Shown: piece after piece, positions 23,164-34,410 of the stretch
Layout: the number at the start of each line of letters is the position of its first letter
How positions within the stretch are numbered: the stretch's first letter is position 1
Assembly: GCF_001194135.2 (NCBI RefSeq)
Contig: NC_068988.1
Coordinates: 77,394,129-77,435,764 of the forward strand
DNA length: 41,636 nt
Reading direction: 5' to 3'
DNA from: Octopus bimaculoides
Taxonomy: Eukaryota
Translations under genes and position numbers: made by a program
The notes under the pieces: generated by a model
The model's database searches: none
Told to the model about the DNA's origin: nothing
Seen by the model: the letters and a program-made list of their open reading frames with translations, nothing else

Positions 23164-23380
23164 TTAACCTTTTAACATTCGGATCATTCTGTCAAATGTA
23201 ATGCTTATTTACCTTGTTTTGAATTAACCTTGCAGCTTCAAGATTTCAATGATGTGATTGTTTATTTTTACATTGACATTGTAGAGTAGGTGTGCAAAGC
23301 TAGATCTGACTGCTTTGAACATAAAACAGATAGAATATTTTGGCCAGTTATGGGCTGGTTAAATTGCTAAAGGGTTTTAA
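23164..23380. mobile_element. piggyBac-type (TTAA) MITE, degenerate
   Basis: TTAA-CCTTTTAACATT ... ATTGCTAAAGGG-TTTTAA ends. Confidence 0.6.
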
Positions 23381-23529
23381 AATCATTTGAAATATATTGA
23401 TCAAGGTTTTGTAGTACATACACACACATATGCACATTGAAATTCATACACAAACATACACATCACATATGTTTGTAAAATGTGCTACAGGAAACTAAAA
23501 TAGAGAGAATTACCTTTCACAAATCAGTA

Positions 23530-24020
23530 TTTGGTACTGTTAAGAATTTTTTGAAATTTTTATCACTGATTCTAATCTTTGGGGCTGCTTAGGACATTTC
23601 TAAAATTACAACACTTATTGATGGCTTTGGTGATCTTGAAATTATCATCCCACTACTTCTTGGTTTTGATGCAATTAAGAACTTTTCAAAAGATCTTACA
23701 ACTAATTCCTGTCTTCACTGCTACCAAGGACTTTTTAAAAGAGATTTTATCATTAATTATTGGTTTGGGTTCTGCTAAAGACTTTTCTGAAATTCCTACA
23801 AATAGTGTTTGAGTTTGGTGTTGTTTAAAAAAACTTTCAGAGTACTGTTGCACTAATTCTTGATTTTAGTATGCTTCAGTAAGTTTCTAAAAATTTTACC
23901 TGTAACTCTTGGTATTGGTGTGCATAAATACCTTATTTAAAAATGTTACCACTATTTCTTGATTTTGGTGCACATCATTTCTTTTTCTAAAAATCTTACC
24001 TGTAATTCTTCATTAGCAAT
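23530..24020. repeat. Degenerate tandem array, period about 49-51 bp, about 10 units
   Basis: AAGACTTTT(T)CAAAA-like motif recurs at about 23542, 23591, 23677, 23726, 23778, 23828, 23877, 23927 and 23975. Confidence 0.65.
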
Positions 24021-25499
24021 TGGTTTGTTTACCTCCATACTTTGTTTTGGTTCCTTATTTCTATTTTGTTCTTTTTTCTTTTTCTATCTCCTCTTTTTTT
24101 GTGATTCCTTTCTTTCATGTAATAATGATAATCACAAAATCATAGTTTAAATTGATATTACGACCCACTGGTTGCTGCCCATTATATTTCATTCCTCCTC
24201 ACATGAAAACACCCATGTCATTTATAGGATGCCTGCCTAATTATCATTGTGAGCATTAGAAAGATCATGTTTCATGATGGCTCTTTAATTAATTGCCCAT
24301 TAATTAGTTCTTAACTAATTGCTCGTGTAACTATCTAAAAGCTGGTTAAAATGAAAGAAGAAAGAGATTTGCTTCCTCTTTCTTTCCCTCTGTCTCATGA
24401 CTGTTTTTCCCTCTCACAATTCCATCTTCTCCTCTCTTCTTGTCCTCTGTCTTTAACTTCTCTTCCATATTTCCTCTCTTTCATTACCCTCCTCCCACTG
24501 CCCTTCTGTTATCATCACTGCATTGTCATCACTGTTTTCATCATCATCAACATCATCATAATCGTCATCATATTAATATCCTCATTTCCAAGTTTATATG
24601 AGTGAGACAAAATGCACTGACACAGGGACTCCACAACTGGATGCTTTTCCTGTCACCAGACATCACCTCTTTCCAAGTAACATTACAAATGAATGACACA
24701 GCTTGTATGACTGTGAAATTTGTCTTGACATTTTGTGATGTAGCATGCAAACACACATAAACAAATACACACTCACCATTCACATACGTAGTCATACATA
24801 CACCCATATATTATATGTACATGTTTTTATTTCCTTACATTCTCTCTAACAGGTGAACTTCTTTTCTGGTTTATTCTCTCCTATAGTTAAATAAGACTTC
24901 TTTTCTATGCTAGAAAAAAAAAACGCCTTTCAACTGCACAACTTAAAAAGGTATATACTAAAAGCCTTTTTTGTAACGAAACACTCGAAACATGTGATTC
25001 CTTATTGTTGTTTCCCACTCTCTCTGTCTTTCCCTTGTTCTTCCCTCTGGCTGAGTAGCCATGTATCTCCTCTATGGCAGCACACCTGTTTCTGCCCTCA
25101 TTCTTCATTCTCTCTCCTTCTCTTGCTTTTCTTTATGGCTAGGTAACCAAGTATCTCCTTTACATCAACACATCTGTTTCTGTCCTCTTTCTTGTTACCT
25201 CTCTCCTTCTCTCTCTCGTTTCCACTCTTTCTTCCTCTCACTTTCTCCCTCCCATTCTCTCTCTCTCCTTCCCACTCTTTCTTTCTCTCACTTTCTCCCT
25301 CCCTCTTCCCCTCTCTCTCTCACTCTCTCTTTCTCTCTCTCTCACCATGTACCTCCTCTATAGCAAGATACCTGTTTCTGCATCTCTGTTTCTCTGTCAC
25401 ACTCTAACCTTCATCATCTGACACAAGATTACCTCTGCTGATGCCCCCACTTCTATAACAAGACACCTGTCTCTGTCTCTCTGTCACACTCCCTCTCCT

Positions 25500-25830
25500 G
25501 TCAAAATTCCTCATCTTGCAAGCTACTTGGTGACCCTGTCGGTGCTGGTGCCATGTAAGAAGCATCCAGTCCACACAGTGAAGTGATTGGCATTTGGAAG
25601 GGCAACCAGCCGTAAAAACCATGCCAAAATTGATCTTGCTTGTGCTGGTGCCATGTAAAAAGCACTCAGTCAACTCTACGGAATGGTTGGTGTTAGGAAG
25701 GCCATTCATCTGTAAAAACCCTGTCAAAACAGACACAGCAGCATGGGGTAGTCTTCTACTTAGCTGGCTCCTGTCAAATCGTCACAACTCATGTCTGTAT
25801 GAAAAGCAGATGTTAAACAATGATGATGAT
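25500..25830 (+). mobile_element. Old RTE 3' UTR with duplicated module
   Basis: GTGCTGGTGCCATGTAA occurs twice, ending TGTTAAACAATGATGATGAT. Confidence 0.65.
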
Positions 25831-25869
25831 TATATATATATTTTACAAACAATGTTGCTTTCTTGTCTG

Positions 25870-25921
<52 letters not shown>

Positions 25922-26060
25922 TTAGAGAAAAGAACCATTTCTCTGAAACTATATATTAATATTTTATACTGTGAAGCTTAATTTAATTTTAATTTTTAAT
26001 AAATTGAATTGAATTGAGTTTTTACCTGTAAATTTAGATTTTTGACCCTAATATTATTGT

Positions 26061-26095
<35 letters not shown>

Positions 26096-26419
26096 AACAT
26101 AGGGTAAAAATCAGATATAAATTAATATCGATTTATTACCAGGAAGCTAGCACATTAAAAGAATCGGAGAGATTCAGAAAAAATATCTGAGATCTTAGGG
26201 GACTAAAGTATATTTTTATATATATAATGATGACCACCAAAGTGGACATTTAATGTGCTAGAAATAGACCACATGTTATGTCTACTAAGACCTAATAGTT
26301 CTCAAAAGAAATTCAGCGAAATACCAAGTTCTCAAATTGGATATATATATATGCAAACACACACACATATATATACAAGCATACACATACACATATCTAT
26401 ATACAAAAACACATATATT

Positions 26420-26640
26420 CATATATATGTGTGTGTATATGTGTTTGTCCCCCATCACAGCTTGACAACTAGTGTTGGTGTGTTTGTATCCTCAAAACTT
26501 AGTGGTTTGGCAAAAGTGACTGATAGAATAAATACCAGGCTTGAAAAAGAAGTACTGGGGTCAATTCATGCAACCAAAAAATTCAAGGCAGTAACCCAGC
26601 ATGATCACAGTCTAATGACTGGAACTAGTAAAAGGTAAAA
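26420..26640 (+). mobile_element. SINE family A, 3' half (diverged)
   Basis: GTTTGTCCCCCATCACAGCTTGACAAC...GACTGGAACTAGTAAAAG. Confidence 0.7.
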
Positions 26641-26879
26641 AATTTAAATATATGTACATATGAATGTACTTCTATGTGTATGTATGTCTTCATTTACAGA
26701 TTATATTTGTAAGATTCGTTAAAGAATATGCTTTGTTTCAAGTATAGGTAACCACTTCTGTATGTGTTAGAGTGTGTCTGTCTAAAAGTGTGTGTGTGTG
26801 TGGGGGGGGGTCATGTCTGTCTGTCAACCCCGGTGTGTGTCTTACTATATGTTTGGAATTTGCACCATTTTTTGAGATG

Positions 26880-27600
26880 AATACATTTTGGTGTCTGCAT
26901 CATGACATCATTTCATCTCACGTTTTAGAGTTTGTGTACTTTGTGTGATTATGTAGTATTTTTCTGTGATGCAAACTATAGAACCATTTATGTATGATGA
27001 CGCAGTCTATTATTTGGGTGTTGCTTTTTTCAACACCCAAATGTGTTTAGGAAGGGACATGGCACTTCTTTGATAGATACAGGAAAGTGTTTATGTGTGT
27101 GTGATGTATGTCTCTGTCTTTGAAGGCTTCACTAGTAGCACTGATGTAGTGTTTCTCAGATCATTGTATGATATTTTGATTTATAAACTTAACTTGTTTG
27201 TAAACATTTTCCATGTAATGAACATATATTTGCTCTTGTGCAGATGCACGAGTTTGCAGCCTTGTGCACCATGTTCTTTGAGCTATTGTAATTAATGATT
27301 GTTTGATGCATTTGAATTTTTTTGTGCAGTTGTTGGTAAGTTCTGTGTAGTTTTGGTTGAATAGTTTGAAGTATTTATTTTCTGTTGAGAAGTGCTTGCT
27401 AACTGGTGGTAAGAAAATGTGTGCTTCATTTGTTACTACAGTTTGGCTGAAGCACATGTGGAACCTGATGGTGTTTCTTTTTTTCAAATTATTTTGTTTA
27501 TTGCTTGCAAGCCTGAGGTTTTTATTGCAGCTTCTCATTAAATCCACTTGCTTTTGAGGTTTCATTGCAGAATAGCATTGCTTGGTCAAAAACATAAACA
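26880..27600 (-). mobile_element. Decayed Penelope-like element (thumb/linker plus GIY-YIG)
   Basis: RNTIRFHMCFSQTVVTNEAHIFL..SKHFSTENKYFKLFNQN (cf. WFNPPFS..KHF..KLFNR), EKHYISATSEAFKDR, KHIWVLK. Explains part of the 234-aa ORF at 27161-27865. Confidence 0.75.
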
Positions 27601-29238
27601 AAACACCTGCCATATCTAGATTCACAAATCTTGAGTGAATAACCAAATTAAAAAGACACACCTCATCAAAAGTTAAGCAACGAGAAGGTAAAAACATAGT
27701 GGCCAATCTGCAAGCACTAAATCCAAACCAATTAACAATGAATAGATACAAACATGACACTATGCCACTGAATATATGTACAACCAAAACAAAGATATAA
27801 CAACTTTCGCCTGAAGATTGCAATGATGAGTAAGTTAAGTTGTGAAATACAGAGTGCTCCAACACAATTCAACATTCATACATCTATATGTGTGTGTATA
27901 TGTATGTGTGTACACGTGCCCACACACATATATATCAACAAAAGAGAAAACAAAATATCAAAGATATCAAAACATATGAAAACAAAATTGTTTGAAAATA
28001 AATAGAATATAAATTTTATATATCATTTAAATCCTAATGTGCTTTCTGTAAGTGTGTGTGTGCATGTGTGTGTGTGTGTGTATGTGCGTGTGTGTGTGCA
28101 TGTGTGTGTGTGTATGTGCGTGTGTGTGTGTGTGTATTAATGTACACACACATACACAAATACTTTTGTATGTGTGTAGTTTGTATGCATTTAGTTAAGC
28201 TTGTATATATGAATGATCATATATATATGTGTGTGTGTGTTTATACACATATCTGCATATATGGAAATATGTAGAAGCTGAGGATCAGAGAAATAGAATT
28301 GAATCCATTTTAATATTCTACACATGGATTTCAATAACACCCAAGAGTCCATGCTTCAGTAACATTATCAAATGACAAACAAATACTGTTTTCTAAATTT
28401 AATTAAAAATGATAATCCTCAGAAATTAAGACTTGCTACATCCACAACCACCCATGCACCTCTAAACCAGTTATCAATATTGCAAAGCTAATTATAAACA
28501 TTTATATCATTATTAATTAACAAATATAAAGGTATTATCATAATCTTTGCAAAAAAATAATACAAATAATAAAAGTTTGGTCACTTGTATAATGGTTAAA
28601 TAAAATAATGGAATTAAAAATGAAAAATTGAAAACTGAATATTAATCATGAAATGTATTTGCTGAAAAAATTTACATAAATGATTCTGATAATATATTAT
28701 TGAATGCATACACAGACACAAACAAGCATACATACAGACATACACACAAACACAACTACACATTCACACTCCTATATGTACCTGTATATATAATGATATG
28801 TTTATACATGTATATATATATATGTATGTATATCTACCTATCAATCTATATGTGTGTGTGTGTGTGTGTTTTCTTGCTCTCCTTCTTTCTTATTTTTGTC
28901 ATCCCACTTTCAATGTCAGCATAATTGTATCTCCAGCTCTTGCCTCAACATTCTATTACCCAATCACCTTTTTATGCAAAATTTGCAATGTAAGAAGTCC
29001 TCATTAAATTGATATCGTTTCTGTCTCTTTTTATGTACTTCTCCTAATTCATTTAACTTTCTTTAGTAAAGGCATAACCCAAGATCATATACCTTTCTCT
29101 ACATTTTTTTTGCATTTCTGCACACTATATTTTCATTATCCACTCTGATATTGTTTTGTTTTATTAGCTCCTTTGCTTTACATGTATATTTTTTATGAAG
29201 TATATGGATGTATCTGTGTAAGTATGTATATACTACAT

Positions 29239-30037
29239 ATGATGGCTGCCCCCTCGTTATCAAGTATGACCATTGCACGAGGCTTAACTGTTAACGGTGC
29301 TGTGATTGAACATGACATTTTAGCCCAGCTAAAGATCTACAATGTCTTGGACAGAATTGACAGCTAAAACCTTTACCAGCAATAGCCGGCTGTGGTTGTA
29401 ACTGGGCTTCATGTACCTTTGCATGTCGTTTTAGTCCTCCCGCCAAATTACACTCCCTTCCACATGCCTGACAGATATGATTAGTATTGTGTGTAGCACC
29501 ACCACCAGTGGCCTGGTTGTCAATCATCAGTCCCACTTTATGACTACGAAGATGACTCTTGAGTCCAGCTTTACTGAGGCTGGTTCTTGCACAGAATCTG
29601 CATGACAGCATCATAGGAAGACCCTCACCATCTGGAAGTGCAACAGTGATGCCCTTCCTGACATCCCTCCTTACTTTCTCATGTGCAACTCGAGATTTCT
29701 CAAAAGTAGCTATCCCCTCATACACAGTCAATAGCTATGCCCTCCTATGTATCAGGAGAGATGCTAGCATCTCTTAAGGAAGCCTTTGGCAAGTCTTTAT
29801 ACCTCTGTTTTGGTTTATGTGGCGGTCTTTCTCGCTTTTAGCTATATCTTCATAAAAGAGTTGTTTTGGCATCCTTGAATCTTTCATCCTGACCAGATGA
29901 CCACTCCATCTGAACCTTTGCTTCAACACAAGAGCTTCTATACTTTCACACCGAGAGCTTTCCAATATCTCAAGATTACTGATGCGGTCCTCCCACTTAA
30001 TGCTATAGATCTGTCTGAGACACATCTGATGGAAACG
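29239..30037 (-). mobile_element. 5'-truncated RTE (BovB-like) LINE with C-terminal triple C2H2 zinc finger
   Basis: [26 protein letters not shown]...[22 protein letters not shown], then three CxxC...HxxxH units, stop at 29291, and a short UTR ending GAGGGGGCAGCCATCAT. Confidence 0.9.
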
Positions 30038-30073
30038 TATATATATGTATGTATTCTACATATACATACATAC

Positions 30074-30175
<102 letters not shown>

Positions 30176-30367
30176 GTATATATATATACCGTTGACTGAA
30201 CACTATTCAATTTTTTTTCTCCGTGTTTTTCTCCTTGTCTCCGTATTCTTTCTGTTGAAGAAACTGTTTTCTATTATAGTCTCAGGCTGACCAAAGCCTT
30301 CTGAGTGGATTTGGTAGATGGAAACTGAAAAAAGCCTATCATATATGTATTTATATATATATATATA

Positions 30368-30855
30368 TAATCATAAATATATAGGGATTGACAGTAACCT
30401 GCTTCTCCAACATACTGAGAATTCAGAAATAGCAGTCAAAGAACTACTGAGTTCAAAATCTCTCGCCCTAATGAATTCAATTCAGTGTGCATCATAGAAA
30501 AGAGACCCGTACGAACTTCTTGCAGTTTAACTATTCACCTTAGAGGTATTATTAAAATATAGATATGCAGGGCAGGGAATCGTCAATTAGTAATAAAATT
30601 AATAATTAACAATTTTTTGTTCTGTGTGTATCAAAAATATCGCTATCAATCTAGAGTAATAATTTGTAGTTTTGAAATCAGTAGTTCTTTGACTGCTATT
30701 TCTGAATTCTCAGTATGTTGGAGAAGCAGGTTACTGTCAATCCCTATATATTTATGATTATAAATGATTTTTACCGAAAAGGTTTTTTCATACTGAGCTA
30801 CCCGGCAAAATTGTTAATTATTAATTTTATTACTAATTGACGATTCCCTGCCCTG
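30368..30855. mobile_element. Rearranged long-TIR MITE (family of 14688-15330)
   Basis: Perfect inverted repeat of about 85 bp (30368-30452 and 30678-30762), plus CAGGGCAGGGAATCGTC at 30568 and its inverse ending at 30855. Confidence 0.75.
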
Positions 30856-30894
30856 CATATATATATATATGTATATATAAATATATAGATTTAG

Positions 30895-31088
30895 GTATCT
30901 GTTTGTCACCCCTCCATCGCTTGACAACCAATGCTGGTGTGTTTATATCCCCATACTTTAACAGTTTAGTGAAAGAAACAGATAGAATAAGTATTAGGCT
31001 TACAAAGAATATGTCCTGGTGCCAATTTCTTTGATCAAAAGCCCTGATCACAGTCAAATGACTGAAACAAGTAAAAGAATAAAAGAAT
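30895..31088 (+). mobile_element. SINE family A, 3' half
   Basis: CATCGCTTGACAACCAATGCTGGTGTG...GACTGAAACAAGTAAAAGAATAAAAG. Confidence 0.8.
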
Positions 31089-31099
31089 ATATATATATA

Positions 31100-33055
31100 T
31101 ATATAGTCGGTAAAACATAAATCCGAAAAAGAAGCACACTCTAAGTAATAGAGCAGTATAGTATATAAATAAAGTTAGATAAGGCTAGTTTATGGGATTG
31201 CCCTGGTTTTCACATCCATAAAAAGTTCTTAGCTTGATGGCATATCATCAGATCACAAACCTGTTGGTTTATGTTCTCTCTAGTGAGTGGCTGATCTAGA
31301 AAATGGAGGAGGAAAGAACCTTGCTACTCAATGTCAACAACATGGAACTGTCTCCCTTTGGCTATCGATTATAAATGACCCTGTTATCTTGTGGGTTCCA
31401 TTAGGCCAACAGGAATTTCCTGAAATGCAAGCACAGTCCGAAAACCTCTGTTCTTGAGATGTTCCCTGGGTCGAGGGAGTCCTTTATTATCCTTGCCCAT
31501 TCCACTATGCACTGTTTACAATGCTTGCTCCCTTTTATGTAGGGGCCTGGATTTTCTAGGATTCTCCATGATATTGTGTGTGAAATCCCAGCGATCTTCA
31601 GCTATCATACATGGCTGGCTAAGACATAACGTATCTCCTTTCTAGTATCCTGAAGAAGGATCTTTGGTTGGATATGCATTGCTTGAATGTGTTACCAGTG
31701 TTGGCGGTGCTGTGTCTGTTGGCACGGGCATTGCTGCTACTGCTGTTGTTGGTTCTGGCACTGTTGGTGTTGGCGTCAGTGGAGGTGACGATGATTTTGG
31801 TGCCATTACTACTGGTGTTGGTAATGGTGCCGTTGTTATGGTCATCGTCGTTGATGGAGGTGCTGTCACTGCTGTTATAGGTGTCATTGCTGATGGCTCT
31901 GCTGCAATTTCTGTTAGGGATACTGCCGTTGCCGTTGATGTTGTTGTTATTGTTGTTTTCGCTAGCGATGGAGCTACTGGTTCTGTTCATATCTCTGATG
32001 CTGCTACTATTGGTACTGCCAACCCTGCTAATATAGTGGTCATTGGGGAAGCTGCTGCAGTTAGGGATACTGCTATAGGAAATTGGTTATACACCATTAG
32101 GTGTACACCTGCTTTCCTATATTAAATTTTAAATAACAACATAACGCAGAACTCCGAACTATCAACACAACGATATTTATTTATGGTGAAAATAGGCAGC
32201 AGTTATTTGTGAAGCTCTGGTGCTGACATGTTAGAGAGCTCCGCTGTTGGACGTCTGCCATCGTCACCGGCCGGCGAGAAAAGAGAGAGAATCAGGGCGC
32301 CAAACTTGGATATTGATGACTACGCATGCGCACGAGACAAAGCGTTACTACACTGCCATTGCTGTCGTTGATCTTGTTATTGTTGATATCGCTGGTAATG
32401 GTGGTGCTGGTAGTTCTGTTCATGTTTCTGTTGTTGCTACTATTGGTACTGTTGACCCTGTAGCCATTGGGGAAGCTGCTGATTGTACTGCTGCTATTAG
32501 GGTCGGCCATTACCTCAGCTTCATAGGCAACTCCCTTAGTTTCACAGTGGCCTCTCACTGGGCATCTGTTGTGGTCCCCTGCATGAGCATTCTACCTCCG
32601 CTCATAGTGTAGGGGTGCTACTAGTATGCTCTTAGTATTGGGGGCACAGCTAAAAGTGACTCTAAGGTTGAAAATACGTCCATAACTATGTGAGCGTGGG
32701 AAATGTTGATCCATTAACTTAAGGAATATCCTACTTACAGACGTTTTTATGTTAAGAGAGAAGCAGGGGGCAAATCCACTAGTAACTAGAGCCTCATTAT
32801 AGTAGGGGGCTGCTGCATCAAATATCTCTTGGCTGGAGGAAAGGTTCGTGATCCTCTTGCTAACACCCTTCATCAGGTTTTTGAACACAATGGGTGGGTG
32901 ACAGAAGGCTGTGTTGATGTATGTTAGCCACTCGTTTTACTTGTGGTAGGGCCTGTATATACCGGAGCCCAAGTTGAGCATGATGTCTAAGAAGTCCCTG
33001 GTGGTGAGATTGGTCTTGATGGTAATTTTCAGTCCCATAGAGCCAAGTGTGCTAA
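31100..33055 (-). mobile_element. Decayed Penelope-like element: RT end, thumb, GIY-YIG with long low-complexity insert, 3' UTR
   Basis: GLKITIKTNLTTRDFLDIMLNL..YRPYHK; KGVSKRITNLSSSQEIFDAAAPYYNEAL; CPVRGHCETKGVAYEAEV; NTFKQ...; LASHV**LK..ISWRILE..PY..GSKHCKQC...LCLHFRKFLLA*. Confidence 0.9.
32113..32352 (-). mobile_element. 240-bp GC-richer insertion (possible solo LTR or short element)
   Basis: Interrupts the PLE insert. Minus strand begins TGTAGTAACG and contains AATAAA. Flanked by CTGC on both sides (possible TSD), but has no CA end. Confidence 0.35.
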
Positions 33056-33730
33056 TCAGACTGCTTAAAGACTTGGATAGGACCCTAATCTTCTCAGACA
33101 AGACTAAAAATTTATATAGAATAGACACCCTTAATTACGATAGGCTGCTAGAAAACAATATTACACAAAATTATAGGCACACATCAGTAGCTCCCCCAAC
33201 AGCTACTAAATTAGCAGGGTCGACAGTACCAATAGTAGCAGCAGACACACGAACAGAATCAGCAGCGGCACAATCACCAGCGATAACAACAATAACATCA
33301 ACAATGGCAATGGTAGTATCCCTAACGGAAATAGAGCCATTAGCAATGATATCTATAACAGCAGTGACAGCAACTTCATCAATGATGATGACCATAACAA
33401 CAACAGCACCATTACCAACACCAGTAGTAATGGCACCAACATCATCACCACTTCCAATGACGCCAACAGATACAATACCACTAACACCCGAGGAAGGAGA
33501 TACATCGGTTGTTCTTCTAAAACATTCAAGCAACGCCTCTCCAACCATTAATCCTCCTTCAGGATACCAGAAAGGAAATATGTTATGTTATTAGCCAGCC
33601 ATGAATGGTAGCTGAAAAATGACGGGATTCTACACACAATATCATGGAAAATCCTAGAAATTCCAAACCCCTACATAAATGGCACCAAGCATTGTAAACT
33701 GTGCATAGCGGGATGGGTGAGGATACTAAA
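33055..33730 (+). mobile_element. Internally deleted Penelope-like copy, head-to-head with the minus copy
   Basis: IFSDKTKNLYRIDTLNYDRLLENNITQNY (pre-RT region), N/S/T-rich insert, then RRYIGCSSKTFKQRLSNH*SSFR...LASHEW*LK..ISWKILE..PYINGTKHCKLC. Confidence 0.85.
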
Positions 33731-34030
33731 ACATATATACATATATTACATATATATATATACGCATATATATATATATATTTATGTATATATATATATA
33801 TATTACATATATGTATTCACACACATATATATGTATATATANNNNNNNNNNNNNNNNNNNNNNNNNNNNNNNNNNNNNNNNNNNNNNNNNNNNNNNNNNN
33901 NNNNNNNNNNNNNNNNNNNNNNNNNNNNNNNNNNNNNNNNNAGGACAAATTAAATTATGCTGGTGTATATGGAAGTGAAGCCTTACGGCAAAATGAAAGT
34001 CATGATATATATTATTTATAGGAATAATTA

Positions 34031-34410
34031 ATAATCCTTTCTGCTATAGGCAAAAGACCTGAAATTTTGGGTGGATGGGGTAAGTTGATTGCATCAACCC
34101 CAACGGTACTTATTTCATTGACCTCCAGAAGGATGAAAGGCAAAGTCGACCTTAGAGGACTTTGAACTCAGAACATATAGACAAAATGTTCCTAATAATT
34201 CTGCTGGCTTGCTGCCCTTAAGAATACTTAGTAATCCTTTCCTCTTTAGTTACAAGGCCTGAAATTTGGGGGAGGGAGCTAGTCAATTTCATCAACCCCC
34301 ATACTTGGCTGATATTTATTTTATTAACCTCAAAAGGATGGAAGGCAAAGTCAATTGCAGCAGAATATGAACTCAGAATGTAAAGATGGATGAATTCTGC
34401 ATGTTAACAA
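34031..34410 (-). mobile_element. Two tandem SINE family B copies
   Basis: Both contain GGATG(G)AAGGCAAAGTC...TGAACTCAGAA, as in 4986-5193. Confidence 0.7.

Noticed and set aside
27161-27865. 234-aa ORF as a host gene
   Set aside because: The central part is a decayed Penelope thumb/EN region, and the rest is non-homologous read-through.
31664-32125. Val/Ala/Gly-rich 153-aa ORF (and 33171-33548 on the minus strand)
   Set aside because: It is the antisense frame of the N/S/T-rich PLE insert, which is naturally stop-poor.
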